Origin: Pelagomonas calceolata
Taxonomy: Eukaryota
NCBI GenBank assembly: GCA_918797485.1
Contig: CAKKNE010000003.1
Location: 1,674,001-1,738,000 of the forward strand
DNA length: 64,000 nucleotides
Direction of reading: 5' to 3'
In this document: positions 41,745 through 53,342 of the stretch, piece by piece
Position numbering within the stretch: the stretch's first letter is position 1
Layout of the letters: every line of letters begins with the position of its first letter
Notes under the pieces: generated by a model
What the model was told of the DNA's origin: nothing
Seen by the model: only the letters and a program-made list of their open reading frames with translations
Database searches by the model: none
Made by a program: the position numbers and the translations under genes

Positions 41745-43742
41745 TTACGTCCGCAGCGCCTCGCGCAGCGCCTCCGCGCCGACGGGCCGGACCAAAACGC
41801 GCCGCGGCTCGCGCGTCCAGACGGCCTCCGTGCCGTTGTCCGGCGCCACAAAAGCGTAGCGGTACTGCGACACGCGCACGTGCGTCGGCGGTTCAGAATC
41901 AAGGAACGGATTCGCATGCAACAGCGACGACGTCGCCGCGTCGTTCTCGAGGAGCTTGAGCAGCAAGGAGAGGAACCACCTATCATTCGTCCCGTTCGGG
42001 CCCTTGCACGCCGCGATCCAGAGCTGCCAGTCCAGGCGCCAGTGCCACGGCGCCAGGACCACGGGCCGCGCGTTCAGGTCCGCGCGCTGGCCCCGGAAGT
42101 CGAACTCGCGCCAATTCCAGTCGTCGGCCTCTCCCCTACTCCCCTCCACCACCAATAAATCGCGCGTCCGCTGGACACTGCCGAACGCGCCGAAGGCGTT
42201 CGCCAGGCGCAAACTCCTCAAATTGAGCGGCCTCGATGGCGGCGCTATCCGCAGCTTCTCGCAGAGGCGCCGGATCGAGACGACGCGGTCGAAGCTCCCG
42301 TTCATCACCTGCCGTTTGCTCGTACTATCCTTCCGCGCGGGCCCTACTAGATTTTCATATACCGGTTTGTTCAGCCAGGCGATGAAGGCCACCGATCCTA
42401 AAGCAAGCGGGAGGTTCAAGATCCACCGCAGGCCCGGTCCCGTGTTCGTCGGCGCCGCTATCCCTAAGAGCCACATGAGCGCCGCGTCGTCGAAGCACGC
42501 CAGTGCAGGTATTATTGTTAAATAGTTGAGGAAGCTCAGGTTGCCGCTGCCGATCAAGGCCACCTGGAAGAGCACGTGCACGAGACCGTAGAAGACGACC
42601 AATGATCTTCCTACACTCCTCAGTCCAGAAAAGGGCAAAATGCGCAACACACACCCGATCAACAATCCCAATGGCGCGAAGAGCTCGATGACGTGATTGG
42701 AGGCCGTAGCAAACAGGTGGAATCCTTTTGGAGCGAAGTGCAAGCGGCGGGACATGGGCGAGGGCAGCGGCTGCGTCTCGAAGAACGTCGTCATGGCCGT
42801 GAGGTCGTGCCAGCCGTCCGACGTTCGCCCTCGAGCTCTTAGTTTGATTAATCCAGCCCCGAGCATAATTTTGAAGGCGAGCCAGCGCAAGGCCAATACT
42901 CCGCCCCATTCCGGGTGCGAGGGCAAGGCACATAAAGCGGCCGTCTCGAGCAGCTGCGACTCCCACCCATAGCCGTAGAAGGGGCCGCCGACATTTGATA
43001 TCGATGCATATAACGCGTAGCATGTTATGAGAGCGAGTCGACCGCCGCCGTGCAGAGCGCCGCCCAAAGCACACGGTAATGAAAGAGCCAAACCCAACGC
43101 TGATACAACTGTTAATGCCGAGTCCGTTTTGTTCTTGGAGAGCCAGAGTAAGGACGGCACGGCTTCGACTCGCGACCACGTCGACGTCCTATTCCTCTCG
43201 ACTCGCTCGAGCACCTTGTGGTAGGGCGCGAGCCCCTGCCTCCCGATCAACGCCTTGTTCTGCCGCAAGGCAATCCCGAAACCCAAGGCGAAAATGGCCA
43301 TGGTCGCGCGTGCCGAGAGCGCGCGCGCGGCCCCAAACCGGCCCACCAGCTCCGGAAAAGCCGCCGCGGACCCCGACGCCGTCGCGGCCCCGACCGCAGC
43401 GAAAGCAGCTAGCGCCCCGAAGGCCTGGGCCCACGCTAATAGATTCTGGCGCGACAGTTGCGCGCTCGCGATCGTGTAGTCGACGACCTCGTTCGTCACA
43501 TCTCGAAAGTCGCTCACCGCGCGGCGCACGCCTCTTACCAGAGACGGCCGCCGCTCCTTCGCCTTTTGGAGCAGGGTCTTGCCTATTTCTTGACTCTTCG
43601 CTCTTATTAATTGGCGCTTCGTGCCGATTGGTTGTGAGCCGTCGCGGCTCGAGTGGAGGATGGTGGACATGGTCACGCGCGGGCGCGGCGCTACCAGCGC
43701 GCCGGCGCAGCGCAGTAGTGTCAGCGCCGCTACGACGCGCAT
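41745..43742 (-). CDS. Lipase maturation factor (LMF) family protein
   Basis: YGWESQLLET, RWLAFKIMLGAGLIKLR, ETQPLP, SGNLSFLNYLT, NAFGAFG and PWHWRLDWQLW motifs. Confidence 0.9.
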   Translation of the reverse strand: MRVVAALTLLRCAGALVAPRPRVTMSTILHSSRDGSQPIGTKRQLIRAKSQEIGKTLLQKAKERRPSLVRGVRRAVSDFRDVTNEVVDYTIASAQLSRQNLLAWAQAFGALAAFAAVGAATASGSAAAFPELVGRFGAARALSARATMAIFALGFGIALRQNKALIGRQGLAPYHKVLERVERNRTSTWSRVEAVPSLLWLSKNKTDSALTVVSALGLALSLPCALGGALHGGGRLALITCYALYASISNVGGPFYGYGWESQLLETAALCALPSHPEWGGVLALRWLAFKIMLGAGLIKLRARGRTSDGWHDLTAMTTFFETQPLPSPMSRRLHFAPKGFHLFATASNHVIELFAPLGLLIGCVLRILPFSGLRSVGRSLVVFYGLVHVLFQVALIGSGNLSFLNYLTIIPALACFDDAALMWLLGIAAPTNTGPGLRWILNLPLALGSVAFIAWLNKPVYENLVGPARKDSTSKRQVMNGSFDRVVSIRRLCEKLRIAPPSRPLNLRSLRLANAFGAFGSVQRTRDLLVVEGSRGEADDWNWREFDFRGQRADLNARPVVLAPWHWRLDWQLWIAACKGPNGTNDRWFLSLLLKLLENDAATSSLLHANPFLDSEPPTHVRVSQYRYAFVAPDNGTEAVWTREPRRVLVRPVGAEALREALRT

Positions 43743-43967
43743 AGTTCGCCGCGGTGCCCGCGGCAGCCTGAAGCTTGCGCTCGCGCCCGCGGCAGCTGAA
43801 GCGCTCGCACGCTTGTCACCAGCAGCAGCTGGTTGCGCGCAAGGGATGCCGCCGTAAAGCGAACCCCTTCGATGATTACTTCGGCAGCGCAGCGCAATGA
43901 ATGCTCCTTCGGCAGCGCTGCTCAGCAATGGCGAATTTCCAAAGCTGCGGCTTGAAAAGCTTGAATC

Positions 43968-43990
43968 CTAGCGTGCCTCAAACACACTAG
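43968..43990 (+). promoter_or_regulatory. Upstream CTAG-bounded motif, copy 7 (degenerate)
   Basis: ctagcgtgcctcaaacacactag, ~190 bp upstream of ATG 44178. Confidence 0.4.
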
Positions 43991-44177
43991 CGTTTCGAGG
44001 TATAGTTACACGACTACCCCGTCGCGCGAGAAGCGTGGGGGGCGGACCTTTCACCGCTGGTTAGGGCCACCCACAAAGCCCATTTTCATGGGCCTCCAAA
44101 GTGCCGCTTCGCACGCCGCGTGGCAGCCTTTTCATTGTGCACCAATTGACAAGCGGCAGCCTTGCAAACGAGCATCG

Positions 44178-44825
44178 ATGGCGGTAATACGCCGCATCGC
44201 CTTGGCGCTCGTCGCCGCCGCCGCGGCGGCCCAGGACCAGGCTGCCCCGGCTGAGGCCGACGAGAAGCCTGCCCCCATTGTATGTCCAGTAAGAGGCGGC
44301 GGCTACGACGACCGATACGCGGTCGCGCAGCTGCTCATCCTGCAGAAGAACATCCCCCAGGCCGAGGCGTGTTTGTTAGAAGCGGTGCAGGTGTCGCTGG
44401 GCGCCATCGCATTGATGTCCGACATCGCGGCGGCGCAGCGTTTACCATTGAGAGCTGCCGCATTTAGCAGTGTATTGGAGCAGCTGAATCCTACTGATGG
44501 GGAGACCGTCTACCTCCACGCGCAACGGCTGGGCCAAGCCGGCAAGTGGGACGACGCGCTCGCGCCATTACTGCGGCTGCGCGAGTCGAACCCCGAGAAC
44601 GCGAACATTGCGAATTCGTTGGGTGCTGCCTACTACCAGACCTTTGATTATGAGAAAGCGATCAGTGCCTTCACTGCCGCGGCCACTCTGGCCCCGAAGA
44701 ACGAGGACTTCGCCGCGAACCTCAAGAAGGCCTCGGCGGTCGCTGCGGGGGAAGAAGCCCACGACGCGCCCATGAGCGCGCCCGAGGAGAAGATCGAGTT
44801 GAAGAAGGACGAAGCTACTGCCTAA
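44178..44825 (+). CDS. Secreted TPR-repeat protein
   Basis: Signal peptide; NSLGAAYYQTFDYEKAISAFTAAATLAPKN is a TPR. Confidence 0.75.
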   Translation: MAVIRRIALALVAAAAAAQDQAAPAEADEKPAPIVCPVRGGGYDDRYAVAQLLILQKNIPQAEACLLEAVQVSLGAIALMSDIAAAQRLPLRAAAFSSVLEQLNPTDGETVYLHAQRLGQAGKWDDALAPLLRLRESNPENANIANSLGAAYYQTFDYEKAISAFTAAATLAPKNEDFAANLKKASAVAAGEEAHDAPMSAPEEKIELKKDEATA

Positions 44826-45011
44826 GGAGTTTGCTAGAAAAATACCCCTATTCCTATCCTCAGGCTAGCACCCTTTTAGTAAGAACGCGTATGAGCACAA
44901 CCCCTCTCCGTATTTCAGTACCACGGGGTCTGGCACGCAGGGAATCAGTGCAAAGCACTGCCGTGCTCCTGGGCACCTCACCGTGACCGCCTAGTATTTT
45001 TAGCATAGTTC

Positions 45012-47546
45012 TTAGGGAGTCAGGGGCGACAGCGCCCCCGACATGTCCGCCACGGAGGCCACCGGCCCCATGGCCATCATGCGGTTCTCCAGACTATCGG
45101 CGCCGTCCACGGAAAACTCGCCGCGCAGCTTCATCGCCGATTCATCGCCTAATGTGAATTCTCGTCGTTTGGGCAGTTTTTCTTTCGATCGCCGTCGTCG
45201 CCGCTTCTTCTTCTTCTTGCCACTACTACGCCACGTGTTCTTCGGGCCCGGGTTTTGCGAGAGGCCGTCGCCGGGTCTCGTGAGGTTCGCCCAGCACAAG
45301 GGCCCCGGGCGGTCCATGGGCACGAGCAGCGCATTATCTAAAGCTTGTTTCAGGGGTTGCACGGCGTAGAACGCCTTAGTACTTTGTACTAAGTCGACAA
45401 AGTCCGAAAGCGGCGAGTGCCGCGGCGCGTGGCACTTGCTACATGTTTCTTGGTTTTGTAAATTGCGCGCCATGCCGCATTCACAAATCCAGTAGAGTGA
45501 TGGCGTTTTCGGCTTGTCTTCTCCGCTAAGTTTCTTGCAGATGCCGTCCACAGTTTCTGTGTCGACGTCCTCGAGTTTGAAATGTATGCCCTCGATGTCG
45601 TCGTAGAAGGGATCCGGCTCGTCATCTACATCCTTCAGGACTTCTCTTAAAGCTTCAGCGAGTTTGACCGACGACAATTGCCCTCGGTAGACGATATCAA
45701 AGCCCTGGAGGGCCTTCTCGAGGTCGTCTATTCTCCCACACCGTCGCAACAACCGAGCCTCGCGCCCGTTCCGCGTGAAGGGTTCCTCGCAATTTATGGA
45801 GCTAAACTTGCGGAAACATGCATCTCTTTCAGAAGATTGGACTAACCTTCTGGGAGAAAAGGCCTGCCGCAACGGGAAGCGCTCCCTCACGATGCCCGCG
45901 GCGGCCTCGGCCTTGGCATGCGACGACACGGTCCCGTCCTCGTTCCTCCTCAGTGAACCCATGCCCCGGAAGCGCTGGGACCATTTTGACGCTTTTTTGC
46001 CGAGGGCCGCTAAGTCGGCGCCGGTGTTGTGGAAGCCCGACGCCGTGCGCCACTCGTCCTCGGTGGCCGGGGCGAGCCTCGATCGCAATTCATCCTGGAT
46101 CAGGCGCAGCTCGGCATCTAGATGGGTATGATGCTCCATGTACGCCTTACCCAACTCATCTGAAGCGTGGGGCCGTAACACGGGCCTCAGCTTCTCGTAG
46201 AGGTGCCAGGGGCTCCGCCTCGGACGCTTCTTCGGCTTCTTGTCATTTTTTTGTCGAGGCGCGGGCTTCTTTTTTTCTTGCCGTTTAGGGGGAGGCGCCT
46301 CCTCGACGACGACGGGTGCCGGCACGGGCGCGGGCGTCGGCGGCCGCTTCCATTTGAACTTGTCGAACAACTCGGCCTGCCTCTCACTCTCGACCCGTCG
46401 GAACTCCTCCGACGCATGGTGCACGAACTGCGCGACGCTGTCATCTCGGTCTAACACTTCTTGTAATATATCTGTTTGTAAGGATTGTAGGGATAATATC
46501 GAGGACATTTCCGGCAGGACAATGGAAGGCTGCACCGACTCGCGTCGCAACTCCACCAAGGGCGCCAGGACGCCTGCAATGGTATCGGCAAATTCATCGC
46601 GATCCAAAGTGCCGCCGCCATCGCTATCGGCCGCTTCGAACATTGAGGCAGCCTCGCCATCCGACACGACGATCCCGAGATGCACCAACGCCCCGCGAAA
46701 GGACTTCGCGTCGATGTCCGGGCCGCCCCCGATCTCGACAAATAATTCGTCGACTTTGACACGCATCTCCGGCGTGAGTCGTAATTCGCCATATTCATCT
46801 TCGACCATCAATACGTCGGAGTCGAAGCGTTCTAACAGAGTGGTCGCGGCCTTGCCCCAGGTCTTCGCCTTTCTAGCTCTATCTCGTGCCAGTGGCGAAG
46901 GGAGCTTCTTCTGTACTGGCTGTATGGATGTCTCGATGGGCGGCGGCCGCGGCGGGCTGCCCTTCTTTTTTCGAGAGGAGGACTTCCGACGGATAGACGT
47001 CTTCTTCTTCTTCTTCTTGCCGCCGCGCATCAGTCTTTCAGCAGACGTCATCGCGGCCTCGCGCTGCTGTCGTGCCGCCGCGGCCTCGTCCTCCATGATC
47101 TTGGCCGCGGCGCGCGCGAGCTCCTCGGCCCGCCTTCGTCGTTCCTCGCGCTGCTGCAGCGAGACGAGCAGTTGGCGGTCTCGTTTTTTAAAGAATAAGG
47201 ATGCCAGAGGCTCCGCTACGTCATCCACGGCCCATGACTGCTCTTCAGCCTCGGTACTCTTCAGCGACGACGCGACCCGGGCGGCCAGGAGGGCGGCGTG
47301 ACGCCGGTCCGCCGGTGTGGCGGGCGCGTCCCTCGCTTTCAGCAGTTCCTCAGTTGTGATGAGGCCGTCGCCGTCCTTGTCGGCCTTGAGCGCGAGCTTC
47401 ATTTCGGCCGCCGTCACGATGCCGTCGCCATCGAGATCGAGATCGACGTCGATGACGCCGTCGCCCTCGTGGTCTAGCTTCAAGGCCAGCGCCATCTCGT
47501 CGGCCGTGACGATGCCGTCCCCATCCAAGTCGGCCTGGAGGGGCAT
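45012..47546 (-). CDS. EF-hand protein with RanBP2-like zinc finger
   Basis: Repeated DLDGDGIVTADE/DKDGDGLITTEE, DSDGGGTLDRDEF, and WICECG..N....CSKC..PR. Confidence 0.75.
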   Translation of the reverse strand: MPLQADLDGDGIVTADEMALALKLDHEGDGVIDVDLDLDGDGIVTAAEMKLALKADKDGDGLITTEELLKARDAPATPADRRHAALLAARVASSLKSTEAEEQSWAVDDVAEPLASLFFKKRDRQLLVSLQQREERRRRAEELARAAAKIMEDEAAAARQQREAAMTSAERLMRGGKKKKKKTSIRRKSSSRKKKGSPPRPPPIETSIQPVQKKLPSPLARDRARKAKTWGKAATTLLERFDSDVLMVEDEYGELRLTPEMRVKVDELFVEIGGGPDIDAKSFRGALVHLGIVVSDGEAASMFEAADSDGGGTLDRDEFADTIAGVLAPLVELRRESVQPSIVLPEMSSILSLQSLQTDILQEVLDRDDSVAQFVHHASEEFRRVESERQAELFDKFKWKRPPTPAPVPAPVVVEEAPPPKRQEKKKPAPRQKNDKKPKKRPRRSPWHLYEKLRPVLRPHASDELGKAYMEHHTHLDAELRLIQDELRSRLAPATEDEWRTASGFHNTGADLAALGKKASKWSQRFRGMGSLRRNEDGTVSSHAKAEAAAGIVRERFPLRQAFSPRRLVQSSERDACFRKFSSINCEEPFTRNGREARLLRRCGRIDDLEKALQGFDIVYRGQLSSVKLAEALREVLKDVDDEPDPFYDDIEGIHFKLEDVDTETVDGICKKLSGEDKPKTPSLYWICECGMARNLQNQETCSKCHAPRHSPLSDFVDLVQSTKAFYAVQPLKQALDNALLVPMDRPGPLCWANLTRPGDGLSQNPGPKNTWRSSGKKKKKRRRRRSKEKLPKRREFTLGDESAMKLRGEFSVDGADSLENRMMAMGPVASVADMSGALSPLTP

Positions 47547-47870
47547 GCTTGCTTGTCTGTTGTGTGTCCCCACTGGGTGCAGCGGTTCGACAGCTGCGCC
47601 GTCTGCTATGAGGCCGGCGCCGTGCGCACCGCTGCGTGCCCCAGATCGCAGCCCGGCTCGCGCGGGCAGCCCTTTTGCCGCTGTGGGGCAGCGCGCTCTC
47701 TCGGCGCTACCAAGAGCACCCCGCACGACGTTCCGCGACTGCTCCCGGGACTGCGTGCGGAAGGCTCGCCCGGGCCCTCGGACGAAAGCCAAAACAAACC
47801 GCGCGCCCCGCTCAGGCGGCACGCGGCGACGCCGTCGACGCGACGCGAGAGAGAATAAGACACAGACTAT

Positions 47871-48995
47871 TTAAGGAACGGACGACTCGGATAGTTTCTT
47901 CGGAGGACACGCCTGGAACATGACCATGCTCGCGACGACGGCCAGGATGCCGCTCCGGAACGTCGTTGATATTCGCGCCTCGCGACTCAGCGCCGCCGTC
48001 AACACGATGGCGCACGCCGAGGCGAAGTTCTTGGAGATCGCCGACGCGTATTTGATGGTCGCGCCGATGAGCAAGCCCCCGAGCGCCTTGAGAAATACCA
48101 CAGCCCATACTTGTGGAGGCAACTTCATCGCTTGCGCGGCCCAGTTCCGCGGCGCGCAGGGCAGGACGAACAGGAACGTGACCAAACTGAGCTGCAGTTG
48201 CCGCGCCCAGAAGCCCTCGTCCGTTTTTTGCGCGCGCTTCTTGAGGATTTTCTCAAAAAACACGTTCGCGAAGCCCGATAAGAGGCCAGATGCTAAACAA
48301 GCGGCCGCGCCGGCGGCGACGGCCGCGGCGCCTGCTTTTGATGCTGATGACGAGGCCATGCTCTGCATGAGGACCAGCACGCAGCCGGCCATGAGTAAGG
48401 GTTGCGACGCCCACTGCGTCTTTGATAGTCTTCTACCTAACAATGGTACGGAGAAGAGCGCCGTGAAGAGCGTTTTGGATTGTGATAACGATAAGTAGAC
48501 CGTCGCGGACAGCCGCGCGTGCGCGTAGTAGAAGAGCACGTTCTGCGCCGCGAAGCACCCCGCCGGCACGGCGAGCTGCGGGACATGTTTTGGGGCTTCG
48601 GTATAAGCTCTCGCGAATCTACCAAGTCGCTCCCGGAGCGGCGCGTCGCCCGCCACGAAAACGAGCCACGCCAGGCCGATTGGAACTTTCACAGCTTCCT
48701 GCAGGAGGCCCGCCACGGCACCATCATAGGAATGGCGCAGCGCGACGCGTCTTGCCAAAAGCGACGCGCCCGCGGACTGCAGCACCAAAGCGGTCACAAT
48801 TAATCCGATGCCGAGCTTCGTGTGCGGGAACGGCACCTCCTTCTGCTCGTTCGCGACGGCGTAGGTGCCCTCGAGGGGGATGGCCACCTTGTTTGGTGGG
48901 GCGAAGCGCGGCGCAAGCGGTCGTCCGACCGCGAGGCGCCGCGGCGGTAGCACCAGGGCATGGCATGTGTAGGACAGCAGCAATAGTAGCTTCAT
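47871..48995 (-). CDS. Nucleotide-sugar transporter (SLC35A family) with N-terminal targeting peptide
   Basis: VPA..FAAQN, Q.KTLFTALFS..LLGRRLS..QW, SGFANVFFEKILK, GGLLIG..IKYA..I.KNFA. Confidence 0.88.
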   Translation of the reverse strand: MKLLLLLSYTCHALVLPPRRLAVGRPLAPRFAPPNKVAIPLEGTYAVANEQKEVPFPHTKLGIGLIVTALVLQSAGASLLARRVALRHSYDGAVAGLLQEAVKVPIGLAWLVFVAGDAPLRERLGRFARAYTEAPKHVPQLAVPAGCFAAQNVLFYYAHARLSATVYLSLSQSKTLFTALFSVPLLGRRLSKTQWASQPLLMAGCVLVLMQSMASSSASKAGAAAVAAGAAACLASGLLSGFANVFFEKILKKRAQKTDEGFWARQLQLSLVTFLFVLPCAPRNWAAQAMKLPPQVWAVVFLKALGGLLIGATIKYASAISKNFASACAIVLTAALSREARISTTFRSGILAVVASMVMFQACPPKKLSESSVP

Positions 48996-49452
48996 TGGTC
49001 AATGTCAATCAATTGAACGCCGCGCGCGACGCTTGGGAGTGGTTCGACAGCGCTTATATGTTGCACGATTATACCGCGCCGCAGGCTGTTTGCCTTCAGT
49101 GCCCCTCGCCCAGTCCAGCGCTGCTTCGAGCCATTTCAGCCAGCCGTCCTCGGCCAAGGTCTCTCCTTGGGGGGCAGAGGACACGTCGCGGCACACCTCC
49201 TCCGATTTTCGGCACCGATTCGGCCTCTCGGGTCGAGGCTCTGCGGGCGACAGCAGCTTTATTGGTGGCCGCATACAGCCGTCGTCGAGCATACCTGGAA
49301 GCAAGAGGGCCTTTCACCGCTGTAATCGATCGCTGCCAGGCCGCCGCATCGAGCGTTGAGTCCAACAAAAGCAGTGCGCACACATACACAGCCTGCAGCA
49401 CATAGCAGCAGCACTGCACGACGACGCGCCCGCGGCAGGACCACCAATAGAT

Positions 49453-52143
49453 ATGCCCTTCAACCAAAAGAAGCAAAAGCGCGTCGACCGCACGGACAAG
49501 TGGTACGTCTTAGCGAAGGAGCAGGGCTACCGCTCGAGAGCCGCGTTCAAGCTGTCGCACATCAACAAGGAGTTCAATTTGATATCGAAACAGACGCGCG
49601 TGGTGCTGGATCTGTGCGCGGCACCCGGCGGCTGGAGTCAAGTAGCCGCCAAGGAAGCGGGGGCCGGCTGTGCCGTGATAGCTGTGGACCTCTTACCTAT
49701 TAGACCTATCCCCAACGTGCGGACGATTGTGGGAGACATTACCTTGGATCGGACCCATGCGATAGTGAGGAAGGAAGCGAAGGAGTCGATGCAGCGGCAG
49801 GACGACGAGGAAGGTCGGGCGGGCAGGTATGTCGACGTCGTCCTATGTGATGGCGCGCCGAACGTGGGCGCCACCTACACGAAGGACGCCTTCGTCCAGA
49901 ACGAGATTTCCTTGCTGGCGCTGAAGTGTGGTTTATCTTGTGGCTTGAGGAGGGGTGGCTCTTTCGTGACGAAGGTCTATCGCGGCCAAGATTACAACTC
50001 ATTGGTCTGGTGTTTTGGAAGGCTCTTTGATCGCGTAAGGGCGCACAAGCCACCTAGTTCGAGAGCTCAATCCGCCGAGATCTTCGTGGTGTGTACGGGG
50101 TATCTGGCGCCACATAAGGTCGACCCTCGACTCCTAGACCCAAAACACGTTTTTATGGACATCAACGGCGAATCATTGCAGAAGCCGTTGGCCGTGTTGC
50201 ACCCCCAAGCTGGCAAAAAAAGGAGACATCGCGACGGTTATGCCGACAACGACACTGGGTTGTTAGCTCAACCAAGCATGAGTGCGCGCGAGTTTCTGCT
50301 CTCGAAAGATCCGACCCAGATCTTGGCCGAACGGTCCAAAATAATTTTTGAGGACGACGCGATCGGGAATCATGTGCTAACGGATCAAGAGGTAAGGGCC
50401 TGTGGCGAGGACTTACGTGTATTGTCCAAGGGCGACTTCCGGTCGCTGCTCAAGTGGCGCGATAAATTACTGAAAGAAGGGCTCGTTGAGTCGTCGGATG
50501 ATGAATCGGCAGCATCCTCGTCGTCAGAAGCAGTGCATAAATCCACCACGGCTGAACCATGACCTGCACGCCATCGACGCGACGCTCGATTCGGTCGCAC
50601 CCGACGCACCGGTTGAATTCCACACAGGTCGGAAGAGGATGAATCAATGGACTCGGACGCCGAGGAAGCCGAGGTCCAGCGGCAGATTCAACACCAAAAA
50701 GAACTCGTGCAGCGCGACGCTCGAAGGGAGAAGAAACGTAGAGCTAAAGCAGCGCAGAAGGCGCGGTTGAGAAGGGGTGCGGGCATCGTCGAGGAGAGCA
50801 ATGTTGATGATGCCACGCGCGAACAAGTGTTTTCGTTCTCGGAAGCGAATAAGCTTGGTGGTGTTGACGCTTTACGCGAAGTAGCACCTGAGTCCGACGA
50901 CGAGTCCGTCGTTAACGTGAGGCCGTCGAAGGGCGAGCTCGGTGCCAAAAACGCTGCCAACTACGAGGAGTACGCTTCAGCACCAGACCGATTGGAGGCC
51001 ATCGAGGACCAGTTGGATAGCGCCTACGAAGCCTACGCCGACCGACGAGCCGAGAAGACGGGCGCGCCTCGGGTAGAGAAGCAAAAACGCGCAAAAAAAT
51101 ATAGAGATGCGGTCGCGGCTCGCATCGTCCAAGATGACGTGGAATTGATCGATGGGGACGTCGAGCAGTACGCCTCGACCCTCAATCATGACAGCTCGTC
51201 GGATGACGACGACGTCGATGCGGCGGCAGAGGCGTCCTCGAAACGTTGGTTCGCGAACCCATTGTTTGACGAGATGCCCCGCACCGAGAAGGAGGTGCGG
51301 CGCGAGAAGCGCTTGAAGGCGAAGCAACGGAAGGAACGGCGCGACTTACGGCGCGGTGATGTCGAGGAGCAGCTCGATATTGTTACCTCAACAGTAGAGG
51401 AGCCTCGGAGCGAGAAGGAGACTGAAGCTCGAAAACTGATCAAGGCCGGCGTCGGTCAAGTGTCAAAGGATGAGGAGGGCTTTGAGATTGTGGAAGAGGA
51501 TCCCTTCGCGAGACGAGAACAGCAGCTCAAGACCTATATCAGTGATAGCGAGGACGACGATGATAAAGCGGAAACTTTGGCGTTGGCGTCGATGATGTTG
51601 CGACGCTCGAAAGCCAAGAAGCTCGTCGACGCGTCCTACAATCGCTTCGCCTGGAACGACCCGCGGGACCTGCCCGCTTGGTTCGTTGATGATGAAAAAA
51701 GGCACTACCGGCCGCAAGTGCCCATCAAGCCCGAGTTATTAGCGGAGATGAAGGCTAGATTTCAATCTTTAGCTGCTAAACCGATCAAGAAAGTGGCGGA
51801 AGCGCGCGCTAGGAAACGAACGAGGGCCGAAGCTCGCCTCAAGGCCGCGAAGAAGCGCGCCGAGGCCGTGGCCAACGACCCGGACATGAGCGCAGGGCGG
51901 AAATTGAAGGAAGTTGAAAGAGCCATGGCTCGAGCTTCCAAACAGAAGCGGCCCGACAAGGTGTATGTGGTCGCGTCGAAGTCGAAGAGCGGCGTGCGCA
52001 AGGCCACGTCGGCGCCCAAGGGCGCCACCAAGGGCTCGCGCGTCGTGTCCGTGGACGCGCGCATGAAGAAGGACAAGCGCGCCGCGAAGAGTCGGGCGAA
52101 GAAGCAAAAGAAATTCGGTAAGCGGCGGAAGGGAAGGCACTAA
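49453..52143 (+). CDS. SPB1: rRNA 2'-O-methyltransferase SPB1/FTSJ3; introner intron 50523-50627
   Basis: DKWY.LAKEQGYRSRAAFKL, DLCAAPGGW, DGAPNVG, and Spb1_C (DASYNRFAWND, PIKKVAEARARK). Splicing removes the stop at 50560. Confidence 0.95.
50531..50627 (+). mobile_element. Introner-like element IE7
   Basis: CAGTGCATAAATCCA...CACGCCATCGACGCGAC...GGTTGAATTCCACACAG; TSD gtcagaag/gtcggaag. Confidence 0.88.
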
Positions 52144-52151
52144 AAGATCTA

Positions 52152-53342
52152 TTATGTCTCCACATTATCCGCGAACGCGAGGTCGTCGACGCCCGACGAG
52201 TAGAGCCAGTCGGACGGGAAGGCGCCGCGGCCCTCGAGCTCCTCGAGCGTCTCGACGAAGGCCATCGGCGTCAGCTCCTTGCCCTCGTAGGCGCGCCGCG
52301 CTTCGTCCAGTTCGGCGCGCGACGCGGTCAGCTTTGCCCGCCAGGAGACCTCGTTGAGGTAAGCCAGCACGTTGTGCGCCTGGACATAATCCAAAGCGTC
52401 GTCCGTCGACGGCGCGTTCGGCTCGTAGGCCGGCGCGCCGGCGGCCGCGAGCTTTGGAGCGAGCGCCGCGAGTTTTTTTTCCGCGTCGCGCCAGCCGAGC
52501 GTGGTGGCAGCGCCCGCGTCTCCTTCCAAAGCCGCCTCGAGCTTGTCTAGTGTGTCCGTGAGCGGCGACGGCGTCGTGAGTGTTAATGAAGGGTTCTCCT
52601 CCTTAAATGAATCGTAGTTCTGCAAGAAGCGGTCCACGAGGTCGCGACGCCACGCGTCCGCGTCCAAGAGCTCCGTCCGCGCCGCATCATCTAGATCGGC
52701 GTACCTGGCGTCTTCCCCGTGTTTTTCCGCGTCCTTTGAGAATTGTGACCGCTCCTCGGCGTCGCGCCGCAATTCTTCCGCAACTTCCCGATGGACGGCG
52801 TCGTGCTGGTCCTCGGCCTTGCCGCCCCTATCTACAAGCGCATCCAATAAAGACAAGGTCTGCCGCAGCTCGGACCACATGCGGTCCGAGGCTTTCAGGA
52901 GGTCGTCGCGGACAGCATCGGCGACGCCCGCGCACTTGTCGTCATCAGTACTATCACCGGCCTTCGCCGCCGCATGGCTCACCTCGTCCCGCCAGCCCTG
53001 CTCGAGGCGCGTCAGCCGCGCCCTCGCTAACAAGGCCCACTCCCTTTCCGCCATATCATGTTCCAAATGCCGCTCGAGCTCCTGGCCCAGCCGCGTGACC
53101 CGGAAATGTCCCAAATGCTGCGCCGCCCGCCGCGCGCGCACGGCCGAGGCCGTGAGGAAGCGGTTCGCGTCGTCGGGATCTTCATAAAAAAACAACGCGC
53201 CGGCGAGCATGATTGATATGAGCAAGCAGAGCGCGTAGCCCCGACAAAAGCTCGCCTTGACCTTGTAGATGGGCTCCTTGTCGCCGCGGCCGCCCTTGCT
53301 GGCCTCGATGCCGAGCATCGTCATGGGCAGCTCGGTCTTCAT
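52152..53342 (-). CDS. Hypothetical type II membrane, coiled-coil protein
   Basis: N-terminal transmembrane segment YALCLLISIMLAGALFF followed by a helical, acidic ectodomain. Confidence 0.6.
   Translation of the reverse strand: MKTELPMTMLGIEASKGGRGDKEPIYKVKASFCRGYALCLLISIMLAGALFFYEDPDDANRFLTASAVRARRAAQHLGHFRVTRLGQELERHLEHDMAEREWALLARARLTRLEQGWRDEVSHAAAKAGDSTDDDKCAGVADAVRDDLLKASDRMWSELRQTLSLLDALVDRGGKAEDQHDAVHREVAEELRRDAEERSQFSKDAEKHGEDARYADLDDAARTELLDADAWRRDLVDRFLQNYDSFKEENPSLTLTTPSPLTDTLDKLEAALEGDAGAATTLGWRDAEKKLAALAPKLAAAGAPAYEPNAPSTDDALDYVQAHNVLAYLNEVSWRAKLTASRAELDEARRAYEGKELTPMAFVETLEELEGRGAFPSDWLYSSGVDDLAFADNVET

Noticed and set aside
44938..44986. GGGAA..GTGCAAA resemblance to a cobalamin riboswitch
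   Set aside because: No B12 box or full helix set, and the context is a eukaryotic 3' intergenic region.
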